From Nitrospirota bacterium (GTDB lineage: Bacteria; Nitrospirota; UBA9217), in contig CAWBNQ010000005.1 of the NCBI GenBank assembly GCA_963790205.1, positions 128,001 to 192,000 on the forward strand: a DNA stretch of 64,000 nt, read 5' to 3'. The notes beneath the pieces are model-generated. The model made no database searches, was not told where the DNA came from, and worked only from the letters and a program-made list of their open reading frames with translations. The translations under genes were made by a program, and so were the position numbers. Below, piece after piece: positions 9,992 through 19,239 of the stretch (the stretch's first letter is position 1; each line of letters starts with the position of its first letter).

Positions 9992-11074
9992 ATGAATAAG
10001 GATATAAAAAAGATCGTCACGAAAGCGACCCGGGGATCGCGGCTCGATATTGATGAAGGCCTGGCCCTGTTAAAACACGCAGACCTCCTGACTCTTGGGG
10101 AACTTGCGAACTGCGTTCGTAAACGACTCCATCCCGAACGGCTGGTGACGTTCATCGTGGACCGGAACATCAATTACACGAACGTTTGCGTGAACAAGTG
10201 CCAATTCTGCGCGTTTTACCGCGAGGCAGGCAGTCCCGAGGCCTACCTTTTATCGAAAGAAGATATTTTCAAAAAGATCGAGGAGACCATTGCTTTAGGC
10301 GGGACACAGATCCTGATGCAGGGAGGCGTCCACCCTGATCTCGGCGTAGAGTATTTTGAAGATCTTCTGTCGTCGATCAAGTCGAGATTTAACATTCAGA
10401 TCCATTCGCTATCGCCTGCCGAGATCGATTACGTGGCGAGGAAAGCGGACATCAGCATCCTGAATGCACTCGGGCGTCTGAAAGCCGCAGGATTGGATTC
10501 CATTCCCGGCGGCGGTGCGGAAATCCTCGTGGATCGGGTACGGAAAAAAGTCAGCCCGAACAAGATCCGGTGGCGACAGTGGGCAGAGGTCATGAAAACC
10601 GCCCAGAAACTGGGCATGCCCACGACTGCGACCATGATGTTCGGGAGCCTTGAGACCGAAAGGGAGATTGTGAAGCATCTGGTGCGACTTCGTGATATTC
10701 AAGACGAAACGGGCGGATTCACGGCTTTCATCCCCTGGACATACCAGCCAGGCAATACCAAACTTGGCGGACGCCCGGCAACGGCAGTTGAATATTTGAA
10801 GACGCTTGCCCTCTCCCGTATCATGCTCGATAATTTCGACAATGTCCAGGCTTCCTGGGTAACTCAAGGAGCTAAAATAGCCCAAGTTGCGCTTGAGTTC
10901 GGCGCTAATGACTTTGGGAGCACCATGATCGAGGAAAATGTCGTGGCAGCTGCCGGCGTTACGTTCAGGATGACAAGGCAGGAGATCGTGAATTTGATAA
11001 CTGACGCCGGTTATATTCCGGCCCAGCGAGACACCCGATATAATATTTTGAAAAGAGAAGACCTGAACTTATAA
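9992..11074 (+). CDS. mqnC: Cyclic dehypoxanthine futalosine synthase (radical SAM)
   Basis: Motifs DRNINYTNVCVNKCQFCAFYR, QASWVTQG and GANDFGSTMIEENVV. Confidence 0.9.
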   Translation: MNKDIKKIVTKATRGSRLDIDEGLALLKHADLLTLGELANCVRKRLHPERLVTFIVDRNINYTNVCVNKCQFCAFYREAGSPEAYLLSKEDIFKKIEETIALGGTQILMQGGVHPDLGVEYFEDLLSSIKSRFNIQIHSLSPAEIDYVARKADISILNALGRLKAAGLDSIPGGGAEILVDRVRKKVSPNKIRWRQWAEVMKTAQKLGMPTTATMMFGSLETEREIVKHLVRLRDIQDETGGFTAFIPWTYQPGNTKLGGRPATAVEYLKTLALSRIMLDNFDNVQASWVTQGAKIAQVALEFGANDFGSTMIEENVVAAAGVTFRMTRQEIVNLITDAGYIPAQRDTRYNILKREDLNL

Positions 11075-11204
11075 AATGATGCCGAACAAAAGGGATGTAC
11101 TTGCAGCCAATTGAGTGATACGGGTGATATATAATACAGCGAGCTGATCACATTTCTTCTGCCGTCTGTCAGGAAAACATTTTATAAACTAGGGCTTATC
11201 TTCT

Positions 11205-11308
11205 CTTTGCACAAAGTGTGTTGAAAACCTGTTATTAACTCTGTGGATATATTTTTTTCTGTCGCTTTCTCCGCGAATAAAACGCAAATTGCACAATAGT
11301 TATACATA
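11205..11308. promoter_or_regulatory. Cluster of six DnaA-box-like 9-mers in an AT-rich convergent intergenic region
   Basis: Compared with TTWTNCACA on either strand: 11205 ctttgcaca (1 mismatch), 11219 tgttgaaaa (1), 11230 tgttattaa (2), 11242 tgtggatat (1), 11287 aattgcaca (2), 11300 ttatacata (1). Confidence 0.55.
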
Positions 11309-11331
11309 TAAAGTTAAATAAAAATAAATAG

Positions 11332-12612
11332 TTACAATATTTTTGCTAAAACGGCCTCTTTTTCCACCGTTTCAATCTTTACGCTCAATTCCTTGCCGAT
11401 ATGGCTGTTTTTCGCGCCGAAAACGAGCACCCTCATGTAATTATCAGTGAGGCCTGTTAAAAGGCCTGAATGTACGTCCTTTTTGTCTTCGACGACCACT
11501 TTAAGCTCCGACCCCTGACATTTTTTTCTGAAATCAAAGTTCTTCTTATTGCCGAGTTCGCGGAGCGTCTCGCTTCGCTCTTTTTTTACCTGATCAGGCA
11601 CCTGTTGCATCAGCTCGGCAGCGCGAGTGCCTGGACGCGGGGAGTAACTGAAGACATGCAGGTGGGTCAACGGAGACTGTTCCACCAGTTCCAGGGTATT
11701 TTGAAACTCCTTTTCCCCTTCGCCCGGAAATCCTACCATGACGTCGGCTCCCAGTGCAACGCCGGGGACCCTCTGTGAGATATCTTCAAGCACGACCCGG
11801 TAAAACCCGGAGGTATAGTTCCGCTTCATTGCCGTCAAAATAGTGTCATCACCGCTCTGCAGAGGGATATGGAGGTGTCTGCAGAGTGCCGGGCCCAGGT
11901 AACTGATCAACTCAGCGGTAATTTCAGTCGGTTCGATCGAGCTCAGACGTATCCTCGTATGACCTCGTTTGGAAATCAGCGCGGCGAGCAGTTCCGTAAG
12001 ATCGGTCACGGGCCTGAGGTCCGACCCGTAGGCGCCGATGTGAATGCCGGTCAGCACTACTTCCGGACAACCCTTCCGCACCAGTCGCTCAAATTCGCTG
12101 ACCACGTTGGCGAACCCGACGCTGCGAGAACCACCCCGGGCAAGCGGCACTATACAATACGAACACCGGTTGTCGCAGCCGTCCTGGATTTTGAGGAACC
12201 CCCGTGTTTGTCCCTGTGGTGTTTTTATCGATACCGGAACGCTGCCGGTCGGCGGGATTTCAGGTATCGATGTTGAGACCTCTTTCATGATGTGATGCGG
12301 GATCGTGGCTTTGTCGCGGTTCCCGATCACAAGATCGACGCCCGGGATGTTCTTGAGTTCATCGGGCCGTGTCTCTGCATAACAGCCGGTCACTATGACC
12401 TTGGCGGCATGCCCGCGCCGCACCGCTGCCCTGATCACCTGTCTGCACTGATAATCGCTTTTTGCAGTCACCGAGCAGGTATTGATGATATAAACATCCG
12501 CCTCGGCATCGAAAGGCACGATCGTATTGCCCTGAGACAGGAGGTCCTGGCGCATCAAGTTGGTTTCATATTGATTGATCTTGCATCCGAGGGTTGTAAA
12601 GGCTATTCGCAT
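11332..12612 (-). CDS. mtaB: tRNA t6A37 methylthiotransferase
   Basis: Motifs TLGCKINQYE, NTCSVT, KIQDGCDNRCSYC and HVFSYSPRPGT. Confidence 0.9.
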   Translation of the reverse strand: MRIAFTTLGCKINQYETNLMRQDLLSQGNTIVPFDAEADVYIINTCSVTAKSDYQCRQVIRAAVRRGHAAKVIVTGCYAETRPDELKNIPGVDLVIGNRDKATIPHHIMKEVSTSIPEIPPTGSVPVSIKTPQGQTRGFLKIQDGCDNRCSYCIVPLARGGSRSVGFANVVSEFERLVRKGCPEVVLTGIHIGAYGSDLRPVTDLTELLAALISKRGHTRIRLSSIEPTEITAELISYLGPALCRHLHIPLQSGDDTILTAMKRNYTSGFYRVVLEDISQRVPGVALGADVMVGFPGEGEKEFQNTLELVEQSPLTHLHVFSYSPRPGTRAAELMQQVPDQVKKERSETLRELGNKKNFDFRKKCQGSELKVVVEDKKDVHSGLLTGLTDNYMRVLVFGAKNSHIGKELSVKIETVEKEAVLAKIL

Positions 12613-13913
12613 ATTGTGCCGGTGAGGGAGTTAACGCCCGACGAAACGATCTTAACGCGTATGAGCGAACCGATCAGGGAGGCCGGCCCGTCGATATTCA
12701 CTGCTTTATTCCCGCGGGTCCTGCCGGTGACCGTCCTTCCCCGCTTGCTGTGACCATCGACAAGGACTTCCTGGACCGTTCCTGAGAGCTCTTTGTTCCT
12801 CTTTTCGGTTATGGAATTTTGAAGGTCAAGCACGCGAGCGAGGCGCTCTTCCTTCACCTGTTCGGGAAGATGGCCGGAAAGTTTCAGGGCCGCCGTTCCC
12901 GGTCTCTTCGAATATTTGAACGCAAAGATGCCGTCGTACCGCACGTCTTCCAGTAACGAGACCGTCATCTCAAAATCCTGTTCTGTTTCCCCCGGGAAAC
13001 CGACGATGATGTCCGTGGTGAGCGCAAGGCCGGATACGGAGCCCCTTAAGCTCATTATTTTATCGAGATATTCGTTGCGGGTGTATTTCCTGTTCATGGA
13101 CGCAAGAACACGGTCTGAACCGCTTTGCACCGGCAGGTGGAGGCTTTCGCAGACCTTCGGAAGAGCGCGGACCGCGGCGATCAATCCCTCCGACAGGTCA
13201 CGCGGGTGGGACGTCACGAACCGTACTCGTTCAATGCCGGGGACATCGTTCACCAACCGAAGAAGCGACGGGAAATCAGCGCTCTGTTCCAGTCTCTTCC
13301 CGTAAGAGTTCACATTCTGTCCAAGGAGGGTCACCTCCTTGTAGCCCTTCCGGGCGAGCTCGCGGACCTCGTCGATGATGTCTTCCGGCAGCCGGGAGCG
13401 TTCCCTGCCCCTGAGGTACGGCACGACGCAGTAAGTGCAGAAATTGTCGCATCCGTACATGATCGAGACCCAGGCTTTGAGCTTGTCGGCGCGCGCTGCA
13501 GGGATGCGCTTCCGGTGATATTCCGGGTCTCCCGTGGTATCGATCACGGGAGACGGCTGAGACAGTCCCTTGTCAACGACCTGCGAAAGTTTCGCGATGT
13601 CCGAAGGACCGAATATCAGATCGACGTACGGTGCGCGGGAAAGGATATTGCGGCCTTCCTGCTGCGCGATACAGCCCGCGACGGCAATCTTGAGGCCCGG
13701 TCTCTCGTCCTTGAGCTTTTTCAGCCTTCCCAGCTCGCTGTAGAACTTCTGTTCTGCCTTTTCACGGATGCTGCAGGTGTTCAGAATGACCAGGTCAGCG
13801 TCCCCGGCAGCGGATGCGGAGGCGCATCCCCGCGCTTCGAGAATGCCCGTCATCCGCTCGGAATCGTGCTCATTCATCTGACAGCCGAAGGTGATGATGT
13901 GGAACGATTTCAT
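12603..13913 (-). CDS. miaB: tRNA i6A37 methylthiotransferase
   Basis: Start re-called to ATG 13913. Motifs TFGCQMNEHDSE, NTCSIREKAEQK and GCDNFCTYC; C-terminal TRAM domain. Confidence 0.93.
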   Translation of the reverse strand: MKSFHIITFGCQMNEHDSERMTGILEARGCASASAAGDADLVILNTCSIREKAEQKFYSELGRLKKLKDERPGLKIAVAGCIAQQEGRNILSRAPYVDLIFGPSDIAKLSQVVDKGLSQPSPVIDTTGDPEYHRKRIPAARADKLKAWVSIMYGCDNFCTYCVVPYLRGRERSRLPEDIIDEVRELARKGYKEVTLLGQNVNSYGKRLEQSADFPSLLRLVNDVPGIERVRFVTSHPRDLSEGLIAAVRALPKVCESLHLPVQSGSDRVLASMNRKYTRNEYLDKIMSLRGSVSGLALTTDIIVGFPGETEQDFEMTVSLLEDVRYDGIFAFKYSKRPGTAALKLSGHLPEQVKEERLARVLDLQNSITEKRNKELSGTVQEVLVDGHSKRGRTVTGRTRGNKAVNIDGPASLIGSLIRVKIVSSGVNSLTGTICE

Positions 13914-13920
13914 GGCAGCT

Positions 13921-13949
13921 ATTATAATACTCCGGAGGGGGTTAAACAA
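13921..13949 (-). promoter_or_regulatory. sigma70 promoter of miaB-mtaB, probably leaderless
   Basis: TTGTTT-17-TATAAT-7 nt-ATG; no SD. Confidence 0.65.
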
Positions 13950-14052
13950 CAGGTATATTTTACGAAGAAAAAGCTTTGTCGGTTTGAGGAACGCCGGAGG
14001 CCTGATACCCGATAACTCAGGAACGGACCGGGGGATAGAAAAGAGGTCCGTC

Positions 14053-15048
14053 TTATCCCCTGTTCACCGTACCCTGTGGTCGATAGAGCAACAGTTCTTT
14101 CTCAACCATGTCCCGCACTATTTCCTTAAATGATTTTGTTCGCGTCCATTTGAGCCGCTCGATAATTTTAGCGGGATTGCCGCATAATCGGACACTTTCT
14201 GCAGGCCGAAAAAGTTCCGGATCCACTTTGACATATTTTTCATATTCCAGGCCCAGACAGGAAAACGCAGTTTCCACAAATTCCCGCACACTGTGCGTTT
14301 CACCGGTGGCCACCACATAATCGTCCGGCATGTCGGCCTGGAGCATGAGCCACATGGCGTTCACGTAATCCGGCGCATATCCCCAGTCCCGGTACGCATC
14401 CATGTTCCCGAGGATCATGGCGTCCTGGAGCCCCTGCTTGATCTTTACGGCCGACGATACGATCTTCCGGGTCACAAACTCGTATCCGCGTCTCGGCGAT
14501 TCATGATTGTAGAGAATCCCCGTGCAGGCAAACATGCCGTACTGCTCACGATAGTTCTTTACCAGGTGGTAGCTTGCCACTTTGGATATTCCGTAGATGG
14601 AACGCGGGTTAAACGGGGTTGCGTTATCCTGCGGCGCATGAACAACGTTGCCGAACATTTCACTCGTTCCGGCAAAATAAACGCGGCAGTGCGGGACGAA
14701 CTCCTTGAGCGCAGCCAGGAGGTAGTGGGTGCTGTTGACATTGTTATTCAGGATCGATATCTCGTCCTCAAAGGAATAGCTGACAAAGCTTGACGCCGCC
14801 AAGTGATAACACTCATCGGGCACAAGGTCCTTGACCGTCTTGATCAGCGACAGAACGTTGTCCAGCGAAGCCACGTGCAGCTTTATCTTGTCGAGCAGAT
14901 GGCTGATATTTTTCAGCTTGTGTTCAGTGTCCTCGATGGCTATCCGCCGGACAATCCCGTGCACCTCATATCCCTTTGACAGCAGCAGCTCCGTAAGGTA
15001 CGAACCGTCCTGGCCCGCTATCCCCGTGATCAGTGCCTTTTTTGTCAT
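14053..15048 (-). CDS. gmd: GDP-mannose 4,6-dehydratase-like protein (second, stand-alone paralog)
   Basis: Motifs [30 protein letters not shown] and RDWGYAPDYV. Confidence 0.8.
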   Translation of the reverse strand: MTKKALITGIAGQDGSYLTELLLSKGYEVHGIVRRIAIEDTEHKLKNISHLLDKIKLHVASLDNVLSLIKTVKDLVPDECYHLAASSFVSYSFEDEISILNNNVNSTHYLLAALKEFVPHCRVYFAGTSEMFGNVVHAPQDNATPFNPRSIYGISKVASYHLVKNYREQYGMFACTGILYNHESPRRGYEFVTRKIVSSAVKIKQGLQDAMILGNMDAYRDWGYAPDYVNAMWLMLQADMPDDYVVATGETHSVREFVETAFSCLGLEYEKYVKVDPELFRPAESVRLCGNPAKIIERLKWTRTKSFKEIVRDMVEKELLLYRPQGTVNRG

Positions 15049-15220
15049 GCTGGGCTCCCCTGGGCGGCCTTATAAGCAGGGACCGTGAAACGGTATGATA
15101 AACTTAACAGGCATACCTCTTTGAATTTCCGATTTTATACATGCGTACATATTCAAACAATATTTTTATGGGGCATCAGTTGGCGAAAAACGGGGAAATA
15201 CCTTCGTGCACGCATGGTTC

Positions 15221-16027
15221 TCATTTCGGCTGGAGCGTCAATTTGACGGCCTCTCCCCTTTTTATGGACAGCGTCGTGCGGGCGTTCTGTTTGAACATGA
15301 AAATTTCGAGGTAACCGGAGCTGTTGATGATGGCCCCGGGCTCTCCGGGCGCCGCTTCGGAATAAAACTGCTTCAGGCCCTTGATTTCCTTCCCCACGAC
15401 GGACAGGGAGATGGGACCCGAAGGTGTTCCTTCCGGAACGAGTGCCTGCATGTCTTTATGCGTAATGTTCGTGATCGCGTTCCCAAAACGGTCGATATGT
15501 ATGACGTGGCCATCAATACCGTTCGATGATTGTTTGGCAACGGGAACATTCATTTTGACGTAATCTTCGATTTCTTCGCCGAAATTGCCTGACGGGATTC
15601 CTTTGGCAAGCCAGGCCGCTACCGGCGCGAAGATGTCCCTCCCGTGGCAGGTCGGGCCGGGACTGGGAAGATAGTAATGGCTGGCGGTAATGTGATGTAC
15701 CCTGATCCTCTCCGCCTCCTGGTAAATGAGGCTGAAAATACCGTTATCAGGGCCGACGAAAAAATAGCTTTCCGTAACGACAATGATGGGACGCCTGCCG
15801 CTGCCCACGCCGGGATCGACCACGGCGAGGTGTACCGTTCCCTTGGGGAAATAATGATACGCTGTTTTCAGGGTAAACGCGGCTTCCCAGATGTCCTGCG
15901 GCCCGATCTCGTGGGAAATGTCTATGATTTGGGCCTCGGGATTGATCTTAAGAAGCGCCCCCTTCATGCTGCCTGCGAAAGAATCCTTGTTGCCGAAATC
16001 CGTTGTAAGTGAAACGATTATGGACAT
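15221..16027 (-). CDS. SAM hydroxide adenosyltransferase / SAM hydrolase (DUF62)
   Basis: Start re-called to ATG 16027. Motifs LTTDFG, VVDPGVGSGRR, GPDNG, HGRDIFAP and DRFGN. Confidence 0.85.
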   Translation of the reverse strand: MSIIVSLTTDFGNKDSFAGSMKGALLKINPEAQIIDISHEIGPQDIWEAAFTLKTAYHYFPKGTVHLAVVDPGVGSGRRPIIVVTESYFFVGPDNGIFSLIYQEAERIRVHHITASHYYLPSPGPTCHGRDIFAPVAAWLAKGIPSGNFGEEIEDYVKMNVPVAKQSSNGIDGHVIHIDRFGNAITNITHKDMQALVPEGTPSGPISLSVVGKEIKGLKQFYSEAAPGEPGAIINSSGYLEIFMFKQNARTTLSIKRGEAVKLTLQPK

Positions 16028-16170
16028 CCGCTCCCTCGAAAAAATAATTGTAAAAAACTGAAAGAATAATAACAGCACCCGCGAACTTTGTCAATCCAAA
16101 GATATTTCCTGTACCGGCGAAACCCGCGGCAAGAACAGCCTTGGAACCCGTCCGACCGGGAACCCGTACC

Positions 16171-16198
16171 TTGACAAATAAGGCGTGTATGCTATGAT
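16171..16198 (+). promoter_or_regulatory. sigma70 promoter of the cytochrome c gene
   Basis: TTGACA-16-TATGAT with extended -10 TG. SD GGAGGT downstream. Confidence 0.6.
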
Positions 16199-16240
16199 AA
16201 CTTTATTCTTTGTAAAAATTCTCTTAACGGAGGTAAAAAA

Positions 16241-16594
16241 ATGGAAGGTGTTAAAACAGTAGTACTTGTCCTTTTCACCGTATTGTTGGGAACAACTATG
16301 GCGATTGCCATGCAGCATGAGGCGTCACTGGAAAAAGGAAAGGCGCTGTTTAATGATCCCAAACTCGGGACGACCGGAAAATCCTGCAATGATTGCCATC
16401 CCGGCGGCAAGGGAGCGGAAAAAGCGGCGGCAAAGAACGATATTGAAGGGATCGTGAATTCCTGCATTACCCATAGTGTCAAAGGAAAAGCGCTCGACGT
16501 GAAGTCCGTGGAAATGCAGTCAATAGTGTTGTACATCAAAAGCCTGGGCGAGAATGCGGCTGCCGCTCCCAAAAAGGCTCCAGTCGGTTGTTAG
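16241..16594 (+). CDS. Exported monoheme c-type cytochrome
   Basis: Sec signal peptide, GKALFNDPKLG, heme motif CNDCH, VNSCI and C-terminal PVGC. Confidence 0.85.
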   Translation: MEGVKTVVLVLFTVLLGTTMAIAMQHEASLEKGKALFNDPKLGTTGKSCNDCHPGGKGAEKAAAKNDIEGIVNSCITHSVKGKALDVKSVEMQSIVLYIKSLGENAAAAPKKAPVGC

Positions 16595-16608
16595 CTTTAT
16601 ACCGTAAA

Positions 16609-16649
16609 CCTATAAAAGCCTCCTGTCGCAGGCAGGGGGCTTTTATAGG
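16609..16649. terminator. Bidirectional terminator between the cytochrome c gene and bioD
   Basis: cctataaaagcctcctgtc-gca-ggcagggggcttttatagg, a 19-bp stem with 2 G-U pairs. Confidence 0.8.
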
Positions 16650-17314
16650 GCATCAACAATTTCATCGAAGTCGTCGCTTCCGTATCGCACAATCCCCAAC
16701 ACTCGTTCACCTGATATTTCTTCTATTACGGACATACTTGTTTTCTCCGCAAGTCCGTTCTTCCAGTCTTTTGAAAAGTTCATCACGACACCGGCTATCG
16801 GGAGCCGCCGTTTCTGAAGCGCCGCAATCGTCAAGAGCGTATGGTTGATCGTGCCCAGGCCGGGGCGTGAAACGATAAGAACGGGCAGGGAAAGGGATTG
16901 TGCGAGATCAAGGTACAGATAGCTTGCTGACAACGGGACCATGATTCCTCCCGCTCCTTCAACGATTGTGAAATCATGTCTCTTCGAGATCTTCTGAAAA
17001 GAGCTGATTATCCTTGCCGGGTCAACGTATTTTCCTGCAAGTTCGGCGGCAACCGAAGGCGCGAGCGGTCTTGAGAACCGGTATGGGTTTACCAGATCGA
17101 GGGAATCACGCACCCCGGTTGCTTTCATGAGATTGATCGCGTCAGCCGGCATCAAATGACCGGAGCGCCTGCGGCACCCGGTTTCAGCCGGCTTCATCAC
17201 GCCGACATCAATTCCGTCCCGGGTGAGCGTCCTCGCGATACCCCTTGCCACGTAGGTTTTTCCTACACCGGTATCGGTACCGGTGATGAATATCCCCCTG
17301 CCCCTGGTCCTCAT
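16643..17314 (-). CDS. bioD: Dethiobiotin synthase
   Basis: Motifs ITGTDTGVGKT, KPAETG, VEGAGG and LGTINHT. Confidence 0.93.
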   Translation of the reverse strand: MRTRGRGIFITGTDTGVGKTYVARGIARTLTRDGIDVGVMKPAETGCRRRSGHLMPADAINLMKATGVRDSLDLVNPYRFSRPLAPSVAAELAGKYVDPARIISSFQKISKRHDFTIVEGAGGIMVPLSASYLYLDLAQSLSLPVLIVSRPGLGTINHTLLTIAALQKRRLPIAGVVMNFSKDWKNGLAEKTSMSVIEEISGERVLGIVRYGSDDFDEIVDAL

Positions 17315-18051
17315 AGTATCCTGCTGTCCAAATTAAATATCTGTCCCGACACATTGTTCATCCGGGACAGATGATGGATAAATTCCGCGACTTCCCGGGG
17401 GTCCGAGACCCGGTTCAAGGCATTTTCATGCAGCACCCGTTCGTGAATTGCGTCCGGTATACTTCCTCCCATTTCCGTGGGAAGGTGGCCGGGCAGCACG
17501 GCATTGACCTTGATATTGAACCCGCCCAATTCTCTGGCCGCCGCTTTTGTCAGGCCGATAAGGCCTGCTTTAGAGGCTGCATAAGGCGCCTGCCCTTCCC
17601 TTCCCTGGACTCCCACGATAGAGGATATATTGACAATATGCCCTTCCCATTGAGTGGACATGATCCGCGAAGCAGCGCGGATACAATGAAACGCGCCCGT
17701 AAGGTTCGTGTCCAGCACGCTGTCCCAGTCTTGTTCAGTCAGGCGAAGCATCAAACGGTCCTTCGTGATCCCGGCATTATTCACCAGGACATCGAGTGTC
17801 CCCCAACGCTTCGTCGTCTCGGCCATCATCGTTCCTGCTTCTTCGGCGATCCTGACATCAGCCCTGCATGATACGGCTTCGCCCCCGGCGCGGAGTATTT
17901 CGTCCACAACAGCAGCAGCCTCCCGGCCGTGAGACACATAGTTTACGACGACGCGATCGCCTGCTTTTCCGAACTTCAAGGCTATATTCCTGCCCAAGCC
18001 GCGCGCACCGCCGGTAACGATAACGACCCGTTTATGGTCCGAAAGGGGCAT
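17311..18051 (-). CDS. SDR oxidoreductase, 3-oxoacyl-ACP reductase-like, inside the bio operon
   Basis: Motifs TGGARGLG, NNAGITKD, SSIVG and YAASK. ATGA-coupled to bioD. Confidence 0.85.
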   Translation of the reverse strand: MPLSDHKRVVIVTGGARGLGRNIALKFGKAGDRVVVNYVSHGREAAAVVDEILRAGGEAVSCRADVRIAEEAGTMMAETTKRWGTLDVLVNNAGITKDRLMLRLTEQDWDSVLDTNLTGAFHCIRAASRIMSTQWEGHIVNISSIVGVQGREGQAPYAASKAGLIGLTKAAARELGGFNIKVNAVLPGHLPTEMGGSIPDAIHERVLHENALNRVSDPREVAEFIHHLSRMNNVSGQIFNLDSRIL

Positions 18052-18054
18052 TTC

Positions 18055-19239
18055 TTACAGATATCCTTCACGTTTCAGCCTGCCGAAGATATCGAGCGCT
18101 CTATCGATGTCTTCAGCAGTATGGGTTGCTGTTACCGTGGTCCTGATCCGCGCTGCGCCTTCGGGAACGGTCGGAGGCCGGATCGCCGCAGCGTAAATCC
18201 CGTATTCCAACAACTTTTCGCTGATTGTGAGCGCTTTTTCTGAGTCTCCGATCATTAACGGAACGATCGGAGTTCCCGTATCCGCAAGAGCAACCCCCAG
18301 GGAGAGGAGGCCCTGCACAAACCGCTCCCCGTTCTCCCGCAGTTTTTCACGGCGTTCCGGCTCGCGGTCAACGATATCGAGCGCGGCGATCGATGCAGCG
18401 CATACCATCGGCGGAAGAGCGGTGCTGAATATAAAACTTCTCGACCGGTTAACGAGATAATCGATCAGAGTCCTCCCGCCCGTTACGAAGGCTCCGAAGG
18501 AGCCGAGCGCTTTGCCGAGCGTGCCCATCTGGACGGGAACTTGGCCGGCCAGGCCGAAGTGTTCTGTGGTCCCTCTGCCGGTATCGCCGAGCACGCCCGT
18601 GGCATGGGCATCGTCCACCATGAGGAGCGCCCCGTATTTTTCAGCGAGGAAAACCAGCTCCGGGAGCGGCGCGATATCGCCATCCATGCTGAATACCCCG
18701 TCGGTAATAACCAGCGTGCGACGCGCAAAAAAGGTCTTTTTTAACAGGTCTTCAACATGCGCGACATCGCGGTGCCGGTACACTTTAACTTCCGCCTTAC
18801 TCAGACGACAGCCGTCGATGATACTCGCATGGTTCAGGCCGTCGCTCAGGATCACGTCTCCCTCTCCGGCAATGGCCGGAATAATGCCGGTATTCGCCGC
18901 GTAGCCGGAGTTGAATGCAAGGGCGGCTTCCGCGCCTTTGAACCGGGCGATTTTCTGCTCAAGTTCACGATGGAGCGCGCTTGTGCCGGTCACTAAACGC
19001 GATGCGCCTGAGCCGAACCCGTACCGCTCCATGGCAGCTGACGCCGCTTTGCGCAACGCGGGATGGCCCGCAAGGCCCAGATAGTCGTTCGAACACAGGA
19101 GGAGCAGTCTTTTACCGTTTATCGTTATGTACGGTCCGTCGTATGATTCTACGATAGTGAGACGCCTCAGGAGATGCCTCTTTTCTAATTGTAGTAGTTC
19201 CTGCTTGAACATACATACGTCCTTTTGACGGGAAGTCAT
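18055..19239 (-). CDS. bioF: 8-amino-7-oxononanoate synthase
   Basis: Motifs SNDYLGL, GSGASRL, NHASIIDG, DDAHATG and GTLGKA. Alternative start at 19212. Confidence 0.93.
   Translation of the reverse strand: MTSRQKDVCMFKQELLQLEKRHLLRRLTIVESYDGPYITINGKRLLLLCSNDYLGLAGHPALRKAASAAMERYGFGSGASRLVTGTSALHRELEQKIARFKGAEAALAFNSGYAANTGIIPAIAGEGDVILSDGLNHASIIDGCRLSKAEVKVYRHRDVAHVEDLLKKTFFARRTLVITDGVFSMDGDIAPLPELVFLAEKYGALLMVDDAHATGVLGDTGRGTTEHFGLAGQVPVQMGTLGKALGSFGAFVTGGRTLIDYLVNRSRSFIFSTALPPMVCAASIAALDIVDREPERREKLRENGERFVQGLLSLGVALADTGTPIVPLMIGDSEKALTISEKLLEYGIYAAAIRPPTVPEGAARIRTTVTATHTAEDIDRALDIFGRLKREGYL

Noticed and set aside
15221..16027. SAM-dependent fluorinase/chlorinase
   Set aside because: It retains the Asp-Arg-His residues typical of DUF62 hydrolases (VVDPG..GRR, HGRD), and there is no halometabolite context.
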